Assembly (NCBI GenBank): GCA_002811645.1 | Contig: PDIP01000110.1 | Location: forward strand, 10,156 to 74,155 | Direction: 5' to 3' | Source of the DNA: Corallochytrium limacisporum Hawaii | Taxonomy: Eukaryota > Protista > Pluriformea | DNA length: 64,000 nt | In this document: in pieces, positions 22,341 to 33,751 of the stretch | Layout: each line of letters begins with the position of its first letter | How positions within the stretch are numbered: position 1 is the first letter of the stretch | Translations under genes and position numbers: made by a program | Notes under the pieces: model-generated | Seen by the model: only the letters and a program-made list of their open reading frames with translations | What the model was told of the DNA's origin: nothing | Databases searched by the model: none

Positions 22341-25300
22341 TCAATCTTCAATGTCGATGATCTCATACTCAGAACCTGATTCCGTGTCCTCGGAGCTGTC
22401 AGTGGCGGACAGGAGCATTACCTCGTCGTCTCTGTCCTCATCATTCTCTTCATAATCGCTTGTGATGTAGGTCACTTCTTCCTTCTTCATATCGCTCTTT
22501 TGATCCCCGGACAAGCGCATCTCAGGTGCGCTGACAGAGGGCTTGATAGATGACATCTCACTAATCGGTAACTCTTCCTCTTCCTTGGGGCAATCAAATT
22601 TCATGGAGTGCGCCGTTCCAGTGGTCTCCACCGTGGTCGTTGAGACTCCAGCAGTGTCCGCAGCAGCTTCTTCGGCCCCGCAATCACAGACTCGTTCCTC
22701 GACCATGGGTAAGCTCAGGTTCTTGGTCGCGAAGCGCCTCTCCACGGTATCAATACCAGTGAGTACTTCGACATGGACCTCCTTGAGCTGACCGATACGA
22801 TGAATGCGGTTGACTGCTTGATGGAAGGTACGGAGATCATCGTTGGGCTCCAGGATGAACATATGAGCGGCACAAATGATATTGATACCATACGAGGCAC
22901 TGTTCATGTCCATAATCAGAACGGAAGTGTTCGGGTCTTTGGCAAATGCTTCCAGCTTCTGACCGTATTGGTACGCATTTTCTGTCTTTGAACGGCGGTA
23001 GAAGGAAAACTTTTCAGTCACGTACGCGTTGTCTACCTTGCTCATGTCCAGACCAGCCGGTCCTTGGTTCGCCTTTGCGCGCCTCTTGTTGCGTCGCCCG
23101 CGGTCGGTTGTTGATTTGCCAATCTTTTCAGGCCGAGAGCTGACCACATTGGAGGTTACATAGAAATCGACATACTGAATTCGAGCCAATTCCAGACCTT
23201 CCACAGTGTAAGCTAGGGATACCAGATCCGAACTTATGATCACTGTCTTTTCTTTGCCTGCCACCAGTGTGCGCAGACGACCCAGCAAGTAGTCCAGCTT
23301 GGTGGACGTGGTTACAACTTTGCGAGGCATCAGGCACATGCGCTGGTGGAGACTACGGAAATCGGCCACATCCCGTGGGTCATTTCCGATGTCGTATGAT
23401 ACCAGGTCCAGGAGTTCCTCGCCCGTTTCCTCCTTGCACAACTTCTGCATGCGGGCGTCCCAGGTATTGATCTTTTCTTCGCCAGTCGACCAAAAAGCCA
23501 TTGCTCGGCGTACGGCCGTACGGTAGGCATAACCCACAGGTCCGAATATGATACGTTCCAGGGCACTTCCCGGAGACAGCGAATCGCTTTCTCGGGTCCC
23601 AAGGATAATCTCACCGGAGTAACCACAGATTGGTAGCACGTCATTGATCACATACGTTACACCGATGGCCTCTACCTTCTTAGCAAAGAAATCGTCATAC
23701 TGGCGGGCGATCAACTCTGTCATCTTCGGGCACGCGTCGATTCGCGGCGGCTTGAATTCCTCGTGCCAGCCTTCCGTCTCCTTCATGCGGAGAGGATCCA
23801 TGTAGAAGCAAGCCGCGCTCTTATCGTCTGGCATAGCCAACTCTTTGTGGCGTGCATACTCGTACGGCGACAGGGCAAGCTGGCGTGCGATGATGCGTTG
23901 CCCAGGAAGTAGCTCCTCCGGCAGATGTTCCCATCCGAAGCGGACCACAAACAGTTGTAGGTATTGTGCAGCCAAGTCAATGGATTGTTGGTCTTGACTT
24001 TCAAGAGCAATCTGCCACTTTGAACGGCTCATGCCCGTCTCACCACTGTTCCGGAACAGGCTGGACACGCCCAGGAATGCCAAAAAGGAATCCGCTTTCT
24101 CAAGCTGGGCGCTCCAGTGCGAAGAAGGCAAAGGCGTCGCACTTACAATCCACCGGCTGCCCGCATGAATGCTTTGGCTCAACATGTGGGCCAGGTTGGT
24201 GGTGAGGTTGCTCATTCCGTGGCCCTCATCGATGACAATGGATCGCCACATGACCTTCTCGAACTCGCTTCTGTCAGGGGGCTTTTGACTGCTAATAATG
24301 ATGTTGGCATATCTGGTCGGGTCATATACTTGGTTCATCGTGTCGTGTGTGACGAATACAATCTGTTGTTTGCGCATGACCTCCGCAGAGGGAACGTCGT
24401 CCCCTGGCGCAATAGAGATCACAGCGAAGTCACCTAGATCAAAGTGTTTGTAAAGCTCAGCCATCCAGTGACTCAACAGATTGGGTGGCACCACAACCAG
24501 AACCGCACAGGACACAAGTACCATTTCCATGGCATTGTTGGTAGCGGACCTGCGTGGTCGGTCAGTTTTCATGCGCCGGCCCAGATTCGTCCAGTAAAAG
24601 GGGCCCGTAAGTTTTTCGGTGATCTGATCCACAGCTGCTTCTGTCAGATAGTCGTTGCGCACCAAGTACCCAAGATTACAGCTACGCAAGACAGCATGAC
24701 GTGCCAGAGATTCCAAGGATGCAGTCTTCTCCCCTTGGCGGTCCTTGCAATTCATGCACAGCCAGGTCTGGCCCTTCACCATTGGTGGAAACTGATACCC
24801 GGTCCAGGCGTCGTGAATTTGGAACCACTTTTCGAGACACCGGACGTGAAAGATCTGTCGACACTTCACACATTCTGCCAGGTGCCGTGTCGACGTAATT
24901 TCTCGCGTGCTAAGCACATCCCCGCACATGCACGGCCTCGTGCGAGAATCACTGGCGAACAACTCTTCTCCGTTCTTGGTAACTTGCAAACCACCATACG
25001 TGTCCCAAAACTTATCCTCGCAATGGTATACTTCATTGACCGTCTCCCTGTCAATCAAGCGCATGATGTGTGCCAGCATGGTCAAGGTCTTTCCCGTACC
25101 AGTGTCCAGGCAAAGAATTCCACCCGCAGGTGCTTCCACGTGGGGACATGCCCAATACCTTCGCTTGGCATTGTACGGATGGTACCATTGTCGTGTGCTC
25201 TCGTCATATCTATATACAGGATTGGGCACCTGGCGCAACTTGTTCTCTTCCAAGCGCCACATAGAATGTAAGGACGCTTTCTGATGTTCTAGAAGAATTG

Positions 25301-25892
25301 TGTTTAAATTCGGAACCCTGATTTCTTTCATATCCTTGGTAGGTACCGGTGCGTGAGCGAAGAGGTTTGGGAATGTGGTTCGTACTGGAGACTCAGAACG
25401 GGCCGTTGACTTTGACAAACTCTCCTCTTCCTTCGCTTTGCTATCAAACTGTACTGATTTCTTCGATTTCTTCGGCTGAGATTTATTTTCCCATGACACC
25501 TTAAGTTTCCGCTTGCTATGTAACTGGCTTGCAGCGTATGCTGTAGCATGCCGGGCTATGACAACCTCATGCTGCTTTCCTGACGGACCCGCCGGAACGT
25601 ACCCTTCCTCGAGGTCTTCAATCATTTTGCTGTCACTTGTGGGGTGGTGTTCAATTGATAATGACCGAGTACCATCTGGTGCTGCCGGAACCAGTTCCTC
25701 TTCGTTAGGTATGAACGGCGGGTGTGTACGTTCGTCGGTGTCGAACACTGTGACACCAATGGCCGCTTTTGCTATTCCGTTCACGGACATTTTTCCAGCC
25801 TCGATGGCGCGACTGACAAAGCCAGTCTCGGTACTTACAGGTCCCATGAATCCACCAGACTCTCGTGTCCTGAGAGGGTCCATCACAGTCAT
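22341..25892 (-). CDS. SNF2-family (Rad5/SHPRH-related, At3g54460-like) helicase/ATPase with inserted PHD-like zinc finger
   Basis: Motif I 'GGILCLDTGTGKT', Ia 'LVVVPPNLLSHW', II 'WRSIVIDEGH', III 'RWIVSATP', V 'SYGINI', VI 'QAVNRIHRIGQ'; finger 'CMC..CVKC..HVRC..WLCMNC'. First ATG at 25892 (the track start at 25925 is GTG). Confidence 0.92.
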   Translation of the reverse strand: MTVMDPLRTRESGGFMGPVSTETGFVSRAIEAGKMSVNGIAKAAIGVTVFDTDERTHPPFIPNEEELVPAAPDGTRSLSIEHHPTSDSKMIEDLEEGYVPAGPSGKQHEVVIARHATAYAASQLHSKRKLKVSWENKSQPKKSKKSVQFDSKAKEEESLSKSTARSESPVRTTFPNLFAHAPVPTKDMKEIRVPNLNTILLEHQKASLHSMWRLEENKLRQVPNPVYRYDESTRQWYHPYNAKRRYWACPHVEAPAGGILCLDTGTGKTLTMLAHIMRLIDRETVNEVYHCEDKFWDTYGGLQVTKNGEELFASDSRTRPCMCGDVLSTREITSTRHLAECVKCRQIFHVRCLEKWFQIHDAWTGYQFPPMVKGQTWLCMNCKDRQGEKTASLESLARHAVLRSCNLGYLVRNDYLTEAAVDQITEKLTGPFYWTNLGRRMKTDRPRRSATNNAMEMVLVSCAVLVVVPPNLLSHWMAELYKHFDLGDFAVISIAPGDDVPSAEVMRKQQIVFVTHDTMNQVYDPTRYANIIISSQKPPDRSEFEKVMWRSIVIDEGHGMSNLTTNLAHMLSQSIHAGSRWIVSATPLPSSHWSAQLEKADSFLAFLGVSSLFRNSGETGMSRSKWQIALESQDQQSIDLAAQYLQLFVVRFGWEHLPEELLPGQRIIARQLALSPYEYARHKELAMPDDKSAACFYMDPLRMKETEGWHEEFKPPRIDACPKMTELIARQYDDFFAKKVEAIGVTYVINDVLPICGYSGEIILGTRESDSLSPGSALERIIFGPVGYAYRTAVRRAMAFWSTGEEKINTWDARMQKLCKEETGEELLDLVSYDIGNDPRDVADFRSLHQRMCLMPRKVVTTSTKLDYLLGRLRTLVAGKEKTVIISSDLVSLAYTVEGLELARIQYVDFYVTSNVVSSRPEKIGKSTTDRGRRNKRRAKANQGPAGLDMSKVDNAYVTEKFSFYRRSKTENAYQYGQKLEAFAKDPNTSVLIMDMNSASYGINIICAAHMFILEPNDDLRTFHQAVNRIHRIGQLKEVHVEVLTGIDTVERRFATKNLSLPMVEERVCDCGAEEAAADTAGVSTTTVETTGTAHSMKFDCPKEEEELPISEMSSIKPSVSAPEMRLSGDQKSDMKKEEVTYITSDYEENDEDRDDEVMLLSATDSSEDTESGSEYEIIDIED

Positions 25893-26575
25893 TCTACGCC
25901 ATGCTAACTTTGCGCAAAAGCTCACCGGAACTACTGCTATTCTTCCTGCTCACAACCTCGTTGCGAACCCCGGATCACCTTTGATTTTGCACTAGTTACC
26001 TGCTGGGTTAACGAAAACATTTGCCTTAAGTACATCGGGTACACACGCCGAAAGAATGGCTTTCTTTCAGAACGCGTTGAGAACCACAGAGTGACGCCGG
26101 CAGACCCGCGTTAGTGGCTGAGCACTGGTTCCGACGCGTCTCCCCGCGCGGGACTTCGACCACTCCGCGGGAGTGAGGGTCACACAGCTTGCGCTCGCTC
26201 CGAAGCGCTTTACATTTACTATGAAAATAGTGCAAGAGCATGTTTTTCACCTCAGCTCAATTCGCGGGTCCGGCATTTTTGCCGCTTTGTTCGAGAGCCG
26301 ACCGCCTATGACGTCGGAGTTCAAGGCGCGCCGGGAAGTACGGGGGGCCCGAGTCGGGGCGCCGCGATGGAGCCATCGCTACGGTGATACCCACCTGGTG
26401 CGTTGGGACACCGAACAGAGCTACTTAGGTCTCGGATGCTGTGCGCTTCGTGGCGATTCGCAAACTTTTGCCCATGGAGACAATATGGTCGCTTGATAAA
26501 CCTTTGCAGGATATGTTCTTTAGGATGATAATGCCGTGAACAGACGCGCTGAACGAAGCAGCTGAGACTGCGGTC

Positions 26576-29290
26576 ATGTCTGCAGGGACTGTGGATAGCA
26601 TCCTGCGCCATCTGTCAAGCATACTTGACGAAACAAGTAAAAGCACAAGAGGAAATGTGACGCCGCGGGCGGCCAAAGCACAAGTTGCGGGGATATTTAG
26701 AAATTTTACGAGAACTCTGTATAAGAAATATGTCAACAGCATTCCGAGTAAGGGGCGCCATTCGATCACTGCCCAAGACATCCAAGGGATCAGCAGCAGC
26801 CTGCACGAGCAAGGCTGGAATAGGCGATTAAAGCAGACGTTTGATTTGGTATTGGGACCAGTGCAAGGCACAGATCAGTTACCCGCGGTAGATAAGGCTC
26901 AGTACAATGATGAAGCGACGGCAACTCTTCTGGCTGGACTGGAAGACTTAGTTTGTGACCGCGACTTGTTTGAGCCACTATTCACCACCGAAAACCTTCA
27001 GATTATTCTTCTGCAGCTGACAAAGCCGCTGAGTGTTGGTACCGATCCAACAGGGAAGGCAGCCTTACATATTCTTTCTCTCATGTTGACATACTTTAGA
27101 ATCGGCACTGAGATCGGAGCGGAAAAACGGAGAATCATGCTTCTTCGTCCGGTTCTGCGAGAGCTTTTACGGGCAGTGATTACAACCATAGAAGACTATA
27201 GCAAAAAACTCCTGCACGAGAGGGCATATCGGGTCGTGGCTCAAGTGCTTCCTCACATGGATAGTGACGTGAAGCGAGAGATCTGGGACAACAGAGATTT
27301 CCTCCGGGTCTGGCAGCACGCTTTGGAAATGTATCTCGACCCAGCAACGGATGATCTGCACGTAGAGATCTTTGCTAGCCTCTCATCACAGGTTGAGGTC
27401 AGAGGTCTCGAAGATCAGTGGTTGAAGAGTGTTCATCTTCTTCTGCAGCGGGTGGTCAACGTCGCCGACCGTGGTCGGCGCCTAAGAGGATTGGATGCCA
27501 CGCTGAATGGCATCCACGTGCTCGATAGCAATGGTCAAGGTGTAAGAAAACCATTGATCGAGAGCCTTACATCAAAAGTGAGTAGCACAAGTGGAGGCGC
27601 TGGTACTAATGAACAGTTGTTGGCTATCCAGTGCCTTAGCCATGCCCCACGGGCTCTGAAGCAGTTTCGAGGAGAAAGTGTCGTGCTAAAGGAGACCAAC
27701 AGTATCGTCACTTCAATGATTGTGAACGCGACAAGGGAGATTGTTAATAATGGGTGGGCACTGAGGCCATTACATATTTTGGATCACTGCTGTACGTACT
27801 GGATGACCTTGTATGAGAACAACATTGTTAGCACACGGGATTTCGGGCTGAGGAATGCAACCACGCTGAAGGAGCAAGTATTTGGTCCTGAACTGATGAT
27901 CACGCTGCTCCGCTTTATTCGGAGTACGTACCCGCTAAGTGCTACGCAGGGTGTAATCAAACTGATGTTCTTGCTCTTTCACATCGATAGCTATGTTGCG
28001 CAGATGAAGGTTCCAGTACATGAGGTTTTTCTCGTTGTTGTAGATTTCATGAAGACGATAAAGAATCGCCACGACAACGCCGGACACGCTATTCTGTGGG
28101 CTCCCGAAGATCCAACATTCTCCGTGTTGCTTCATGGTGCCATACTTGGGGCTAAGTTGACGTCGATGATGGAAAGCATCGTCATGGAGCAACAAGAGGT
28201 CCGCAATGCAATCCACCAACTCCGCGCTCTGGGTGCCCACTCCACCGAATTTGAAGGCCAAAAGGGATTCATGCTCTTCCAGACATACATTGCTCTGGCC
28301 ATGGCTCATATGGGAATCTACGGAATTGAGGACAGCATCGGTAGAGACTTGTCCCACTTCATTGACAATCCATTGTTGCATGATACGAAGATTGTGGGTG
28401 GCGACGGTCTACCATTGTACGCGCATAAGGCGGTCTTAAGTGCGCGATGTGCCATCTTTGCAAATCGTCTAGAAGAGGTCTCCGCAGCCACGCAAGACGG
28501 TGTCGTAACTCTGTCTATGACAAGTATGCCAAGACGAAGCCTCCTGCACCTGCTGACATATATTTACCAGGGATATGTAGAGAACTTGACAGCAGGGGAT
28601 CAAGAAAACCTTTTGACCGTTGCTAAGAAGGCGAAGATGAAGGCCCTCCGAGATCTGCTGTCTCTCAAACGACCGGTCCTGACGGATCTCAGGACGGTAT
28701 CCGCAGATATGCAGGAGATGTACCTGGCCGACAGGCTATGTGACGTATGCATCACTGGATTCCGTGACATGGAGGGGCGCGATATCGAAGTAAGATGCCA
28801 TCGTATCATGCTCTCTCTCGGTGCGCAGTACTTCAGTGCGATGTTTCACTCAGAGGGTGTGGACGATGCCTGGCAAGAAGCCAACACCGGCAATGTGAGC
28901 TTGGGTGACTTTAATGTAGCAGTGATCCGCGCCTGTGTGGATATCTTGTACAACATGCCCATGGAGGCTGCACTCCACGGTGATGTGGCTCTGTCCCTGA
29001 AAACGGAGCTACTGCTGCAGTGGGTGATGCCCACTGCGCCAACCATTTTGCCGCAGATTCAGGACTACACCGCGCACCTGTGCGAGGATCTGATCCAGGA
29101 TGGCAATGTCCTGGAGTATCTCTGGATTCTGTCCAGTGGAACCCGTAATGATGAGGTACTGGATGTGTACCTGAATTGCGTTATCCGTAATTACTCCAAG
29201 GTCCAAGACACAGCCGCATTTCAAGATCTCGATAATCGCACCCGACAAATGATCCACCAGTTCTACCTAGAAAGTGCAAAAGGGACATGA
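26576..29290 (+). CDS. Tandem BTB/POZ protein with helical (ARM-like) N-terminus; putative CUL3 adaptor
   Basis: 904-aa ORF; BTB1 'HDTKIV..LYAHKAVLSARCAIF..LLTYIYQG'; BTB2 'CDVCIT..CHRIMLSLGAQYFSAMFH..WQEA'. Confidence 0.88.
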   Translation: MSAGTVDSILRHLSSILDETSKSTRGNVTPRAAKAQVAGIFRNFTRTLYKKYVNSIPSKGRHSITAQDIQGISSSLHEQGWNRRLKQTFDLVLGPVQGTDQLPAVDKAQYNDEATATLLAGLEDLVCDRDLFEPLFTTENLQIILLQLTKPLSVGTDPTGKAALHILSLMLTYFRIGTEIGAEKRRIMLLRPVLRELLRAVITTIEDYSKKLLHERAYRVVAQVLPHMDSDVKREIWDNRDFLRVWQHALEMYLDPATDDLHVEIFASLSSQVEVRGLEDQWLKSVHLLLQRVVNVADRGRRLRGLDATLNGIHVLDSNGQGVRKPLIESLTSKVSSTSGGAGTNEQLLAIQCLSHAPRALKQFRGESVVLKETNSIVTSMIVNATREIVNNGWALRPLHILDHCCTYWMTLYENNIVSTRDFGLRNATTLKEQVFGPELMITLLRFIRSTYPLSATQGVIKLMFLLFHIDSYVAQMKVPVHEVFLVVVDFMKTIKNRHDNAGHAILWAPEDPTFSVLLHGAILGAKLTSMMESIVMEQQEVRNAIHQLRALGAHSTEFEGQKGFMLFQTYIALAMAHMGIYGIEDSIGRDLSHFIDNPLLHDTKIVGGDGLPLYAHKAVLSARCAIFANRLEEVSAATQDGVVTLSMTSMPRRSLLHLLTYIYQGYVENLTAGDQENLLTVAKKAKMKALRDLLSLKRPVLTDLRTVSADMQEMYLADRLCDVCITGFRDMEGRDIEVRCHRIMLSLGAQYFSAMFHSEGVDDAWQEANTGNVSLGDFNVAVIRACVDILYNMPMEAALHGDVALSLKTELLLQWVMPTAPTILPQIQDYTAHLCEDLIQDGNVLEYLWILSSGTRNDEVLDVYLNCVIRNYSKVQDTAAFQDLDNRTRQMIHQFYLESAKGT

Positions 29291-29373
29291 ATTACCGGGT
29301 TGAGAATTGATCGACGATTCACAAATTACACGCATTCTTGTAATCGATTGTAATTATTTCGCAGGTTCTATGC

Positions 29374-30834
29374 TTAGTTTGGTGCCAGTTTCTCCGTGCC
29401 CTGCGGGCTCTGCGGGTTCTGATGCGACGCCGCGTGCTCGTGCTCATCCGTCAAGTGGGTGCGCAGGATTGTCGGCGGGAAGCGGACCGTGAATGTGTAC
29501 ATGGAAAACGCCTCAGTCATGATGCGTCCCGTCTGCAGATCAACCTTGGTGGGCCGTTCCCGAACGCGCGGGTCGAAGCTAACCTGGAAGCCACGATCCG
29601 TGAGCACGTCAATAACCATATCAACAAACCCTTCGTCCTCGAATGCGGGATTGTCACTGCGTACAAGACAAATACCCGCGAAACAGTGCTTGCGCAGCTT
29701 CGGTACAAAGTCCGACTCGATCAAGCGCACAGCGCTGCGGAACTTTGTCGGAGTATTTTGTTGGTAGCCGTCCAGACGGCCCACCAGGTCAGCCTTGGCA
29801 TTGCGGCTAATCTGTGATGCTAAGGGGACCACTTGCAGGGCATCAAAGGTCTCTTCGCTCAGCTCCATGCTGCTCTGGTATTCGAATTGCTGCTGAATGC
29901 TGCGTTGGACTGTCTCCAGTGAGCCTTGGGCGTTGATGAGATAGAAGGGGAAGTGCTTTCGCATTTCTAGCAGAGTATCGTAATGATCCTTGAAGATCTG
30001 GTAGCGCTTGCGAATCAGGCGCTCGTCATAGTCCGTGGCGCGCTCCTCCTTCAGTTGTCCGTGTCCCGAATCCCGTACCCGCTTGTTGTGCTCCTTGATT
30101 TGGACACCACGCTTCAGCTGACGCTCCAGTGATTCCTTCTCAGTCACGTAAAGCACCACAACACGCTGCTGCGGCCGTGGAAACAGCTCACGCAGGGCAG
30201 TGCCGAAGTAGTTGCTTCGGAGCTGTAGCATTCGCTCGTTCAGGAGGTGCAGACACCGCACCTGCACCTTTGTGCGGGGAAACCCGTCAACCAATGCTCC
30301 CTTCTGGTACTCCTCTCGCAGCAAGGTCCGGAACAGCAGCTCTACAACATCAGCGTCACCAATCATATCACCACGATCAATGAACTTCTGGAAATCCGCG
30401 TTCTTAAGTAGATCACTCATGACTATAGCTTCCGACGCAATGCCACGTGCCTTTAGTAGGAAGCCCGTGTTGGCACCCTTACCTGCACCAGGCGCACCGT
30501 TTAGCCAGATAATCTCACGGGGAAAATTCATCTTTTCCTGCCCAAATTCCTTCTCCAGGCGGCCCCAAACGTAGTCAAAGATGACGTTGGCGTCTTTAAT
30601 CTCACGCAGGCCACTAAGGTTCTCGAGGTTTTCCTTACGCAGATCCTCTGGCTCGCTTTCCGCGTCCACGGCGGCATTTACCCCGTTCGAGTAGAAGCGC
30701 CGTGTGGCGAAGACAGCACCAATCGTAGAGATTTGTCCGACTGAAGAAGCGGGACGCATGAGCTGACGCTGTGACATTGACGACGACGCCAATAGGGGCC
30801 GTGCCTGTCTCAGGCTTGCTCTGAGTACGTTCAT
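29374..30834 (-). CDS. Adenylate kinase family protein with mitochondrial-type presequence and C-terminal extension
   Basis: P-loop 'WLNGAPGAGKG', 'GDMIGDADV', 'LVDGFPRT'; Arg/Ser-rich, acid-free N-terminus. Confidence 0.92.
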   Translation of the reverse strand: MNVLRASLRQARPLLASSSMSQRQLMRPASSVGQISTIGAVFATRRFYSNGVNAAVDAESEPEDLRKENLENLSGLREIKDANVIFDYVWGRLEKEFGQEKMNFPREIIWLNGAPGAGKGANTGFLLKARGIASEAIVMSDLLKNADFQKFIDRGDMIGDADVVELLFRTLLREEYQKGALVDGFPRTKVQVRCLHLLNERMLQLRSNYFGTALRELFPRPQQRVVVLYVTEKESLERQLKRGVQIKEHNKRVRDSGHGQLKEERATDYDERLIRKRYQIFKDHYDTLLEMRKHFPFYLINAQGSLETVQRSIQQQFEYQSSMELSEETFDALQVVPLASQISRNAKADLVGRLDGYQQNTPTKFRSAVRLIESDFVPKLRKHCFAGICLVRSDNPAFEDEGFVDMVIDVLTDRGFQVSFDPRVRERPTKVDLQTGRIMTEAFSMYTFTVRFPPTILRTHLTDEHEHAASHQNPQSPQGTEKLAPN

Positions 30835-31991
30835 GGTTCCGTTATATATTCAACACGCACAGAATCCAGTATTGCTCCTTCAGCACGCTATAAACCCACA
30901 ACGGAACCTATCATCCATGTTACGGTCTCACAGTTACCGATCCAATTGTTTCCATAAAGATTCAGCTGCTTGGTTGGGATTCACAGCAACACTCTGTTCC
31001 TACCCTTTCGTACCTCAGGTCGCCACAGCAGAGTTTGGGAACGGATGTCACCATACTCGGCCGGTCTCAACGCCCGCGCAGGGACTGAAAGTGTGCGGTC
31101 CCACACGCATAACGTGCTTGCCTGCCACTTGCACTCAAACGTTGCCTCACGTTTCTGAGTTTCGGTCCGTTGTGCCCGGAGACTCGAGCGGAGAGACGCT
31201 TTAGGAAGGAGCAGAATAGGCTGCAAAGCCCGCGAAACCCGCCATTCCCCCAACCAATCATTTCCTCGCCTATCGCTGCCCTCGCCCGCGCGCGAGAGTT
31301 CGATAATCTCTGCACAGAAACCCATTATTCCATATATTCAGTATAGGTATAAACAGAAATTGGACAGAGAACACCTATCGAAAATTACGCCAAATGGGAT
31401 TCGCTTGTGCAGTTATTTTCCCACAAATCGTGAGACTCGCAATGCAGTGGAAATATAAAATACCGTATATTTACATATACACTTAACATACATTCTATAT
31501 ACATATGGATATATTACAAAATATCCGTATGAATTACTATTGCATGTGCTATACCCACGTTCATCAGTGCTCATTACGTCCATGTCCCCCACTTCTCGCA
31601 CTCCCCGTCAACTGCTGGTTTCCTATACTGAAACAACCATCCCTCTCCCACCTGGTCACCACTCGAAAGGACAAATATCATTGGGAAAGGTATCATCGCT
31701 TTTCTAATACCAGCCTCGACACGGCCCGGCCCCACGAAATTCTTCTCTGCTTTCCGCACTTTCTTTGCTTTTCCTCTTGTCTTTGTTTATTGCGGAGCGG
31801 TATAGATTCAGTTCGTGGGGGAGGGGGCCGATCTCCCAAGCTGTCAGCCCTAATTGTTGGACGCACAGGGAAGATAATGTGATTGAGGAGGCAGGCCCAG
31901 ACAAGATCTCCAACGGTAGCAGACAAATGCCATGATGTTTATTTACTATGACGTTGTTTTTGGACATGCTCATGGATGATCGTTCACAAAT

Positions 31992-32852
31992 CTACAGGCT
32001 GACCGGCTTGTAGAAGACGGTGGTGACATACTTCTTGCGATAGCGATGGGTTACTCCTAGTACCATGACACCGTCCTTTACGCTAAGTGCGTAGAGATGG
32101 TTAAGCATAACATGGTTAGGAACCGGAAGCAAGGTAGGGTCTTCTGGAGTCACCGGATCCGAGTTCAGGATGACCTGTAACAAGTGCGGAGGCAACGTCG
32201 GTGGTGCCTTGGCAGAAGCCGCAGCAAAGTTTGGCATCTCTTGTCCATACTCGCCCTCCGGACTTCCCGCCCGATTCTGTTGCACTTCCTCCAGTTCATC
32301 AGAGTTTGGCTTTTGGATGACAATGTAATTGTTCATCGTACCCGATTGATCAGGAATGGTGGGTGTATCCGGATTGACTTTAAACTCATCGTCCACAATG
32401 TACTTGTAGTGGTGCGTCCCAACAGGCAAGTCAATTATGGTCGCAAACTCTTCGTGACTGCTGCGCAAGGGAATTCGTTCCCGCCAGTTGTTGAAGGTAC
32501 CGGTGATGTAAACCATCTTACCGCCGTGTCTCCATCGAAACAGTGTTGGCACGGTTTCATCCTCTTCAGGGGACTGGTCCTCTCCCTGTGGTCCGAATTC
32601 AAAGACTTGCCTATCATTTGGACTGTTAGGCAATGATGGCATAAACATCGATTCCTTGATCGGCTCCTCCGCTGACTGCCGCACACTGCTAGTGCCACTG
32701 GATCCTCCTGTGGATCGTGAGTTACTGTCCCTCTGCTTCGCCTTCTTGATGGCCTTCTTTACTGCCGGTGGCCCATCAAAGTCTCTCGGAGACTGCTGCC
32801 AATACCGGCTGTCTATCTCCCCCTCGCGTTCTTTACTATTGCCTTGACCCAT
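31992..32852 (-). CDS. PRKAB: AMP-activated protein kinase beta subunit
   Basis: Myristoylation start MGQGNS; CBM 'VPTLFRWRHGGKMVYITGTFNNW..HYKYIVD'; C-terminus 'PPTLPPHLLQVILN..PNHVMLNHLYALSVKDGV..RYRKKYVTT'. Confidence 0.97.
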   Translation of the reverse strand: MGQGNSKEREGEIDSRYWQQSPRDFDGPPAVKKAIKKAKQRDSNSRSTGGSSGTSSVRQSAEEPIKESMFMPSLPNSPNDRQVFEFGPQGEDQSPEEDETVPTLFRWRHGGKMVYITGTFNNWRERIPLRSSHEEFATIIDLPVGTHHYKYIVDDEFKVNPDTPTIPDQSGTMNNYIVIQKPNSDELEEVQQNRAGSPEGEYGQEMPNFAAASAKAPPTLPPHLLQVILNSDPVTPEDPTLLPVPNHVMLNHLYALSVKDGVMVLGVTHRYRKKYVTTVFYKPVSL

Positions 32853-33751
32853 GGTTGAGGTGTTCTGTGTTCACTATATCTCAATTCTTTTGTTTTTTTG
32901 TTCTCTGCGCTTTCCGCTTGGCTCCTTACACCATGCCCGCGAGCACAAAGATATACTTGATTACATTTACGTCGCTCAAATCCTGTAAATATTTATTTGC
33001 TCTCGGTGCGTACGGGACAAGAACACCCTTTTGTTCACGGTAATTAACGATGATTTTTAATTTATTAGTTGAGAACTAGTAGATGTGTGTCTTCTTTTAG
33101 GTTGCCAGCACGAACCAAACAAAACTCTCAACAGCACTGTTGTGACATTCCATCGGTGCCGGAGCCAAAACACACCACCCCCCCTCCTTCCGGGGGCCCC
33201 GGTAGGGTGGCAAAAACGTCGCCTTCCCCATACAGAACCAGCGCAGTGCCACAGCAAACTTACCCCTTGGAGCGCTACTGCAGGGCCCAAATCTTTTGAA
33301 CCCCCTCCCTACCCAACCCGAGCACGAGCCGGAGGCGAAGTAGATATTGAGGAAGGGTTCGTAGTGCAGCAAGTCCCGCAAAGAAAATCCTTGCAGCCGG
33401 ATGAGTAGGGAGGGACGAGGGTCCCCTGGCTTTTGCACTGCACTGCCCAAGTCTTCCCCCTGCCCCTCTATGCCGACTTTATACCCTGTCTCCCACAGCT
33501 CTCTCATCGCCAGTTTCTCATGGGCCGTTCCATAGTAAATTACCCGTGGAGTTGTTGGTAGGCTAGTCGGTCCCCTCCCACTGGCTCCCTGTACATTCTC
33601 TCGTCGACCCCCACGGGCTGTGTGCCCGCTCGGACGCGATCTCGAGGGCCGCAGGTCCGCTCGGGATACTGCGTGGGTTCGGGTACTCCAGGCCAACGTG
33701 ACTTGGGCGACGTTGATTGATGACAAGGAGCTTGTTATGGAGATGTGACCT

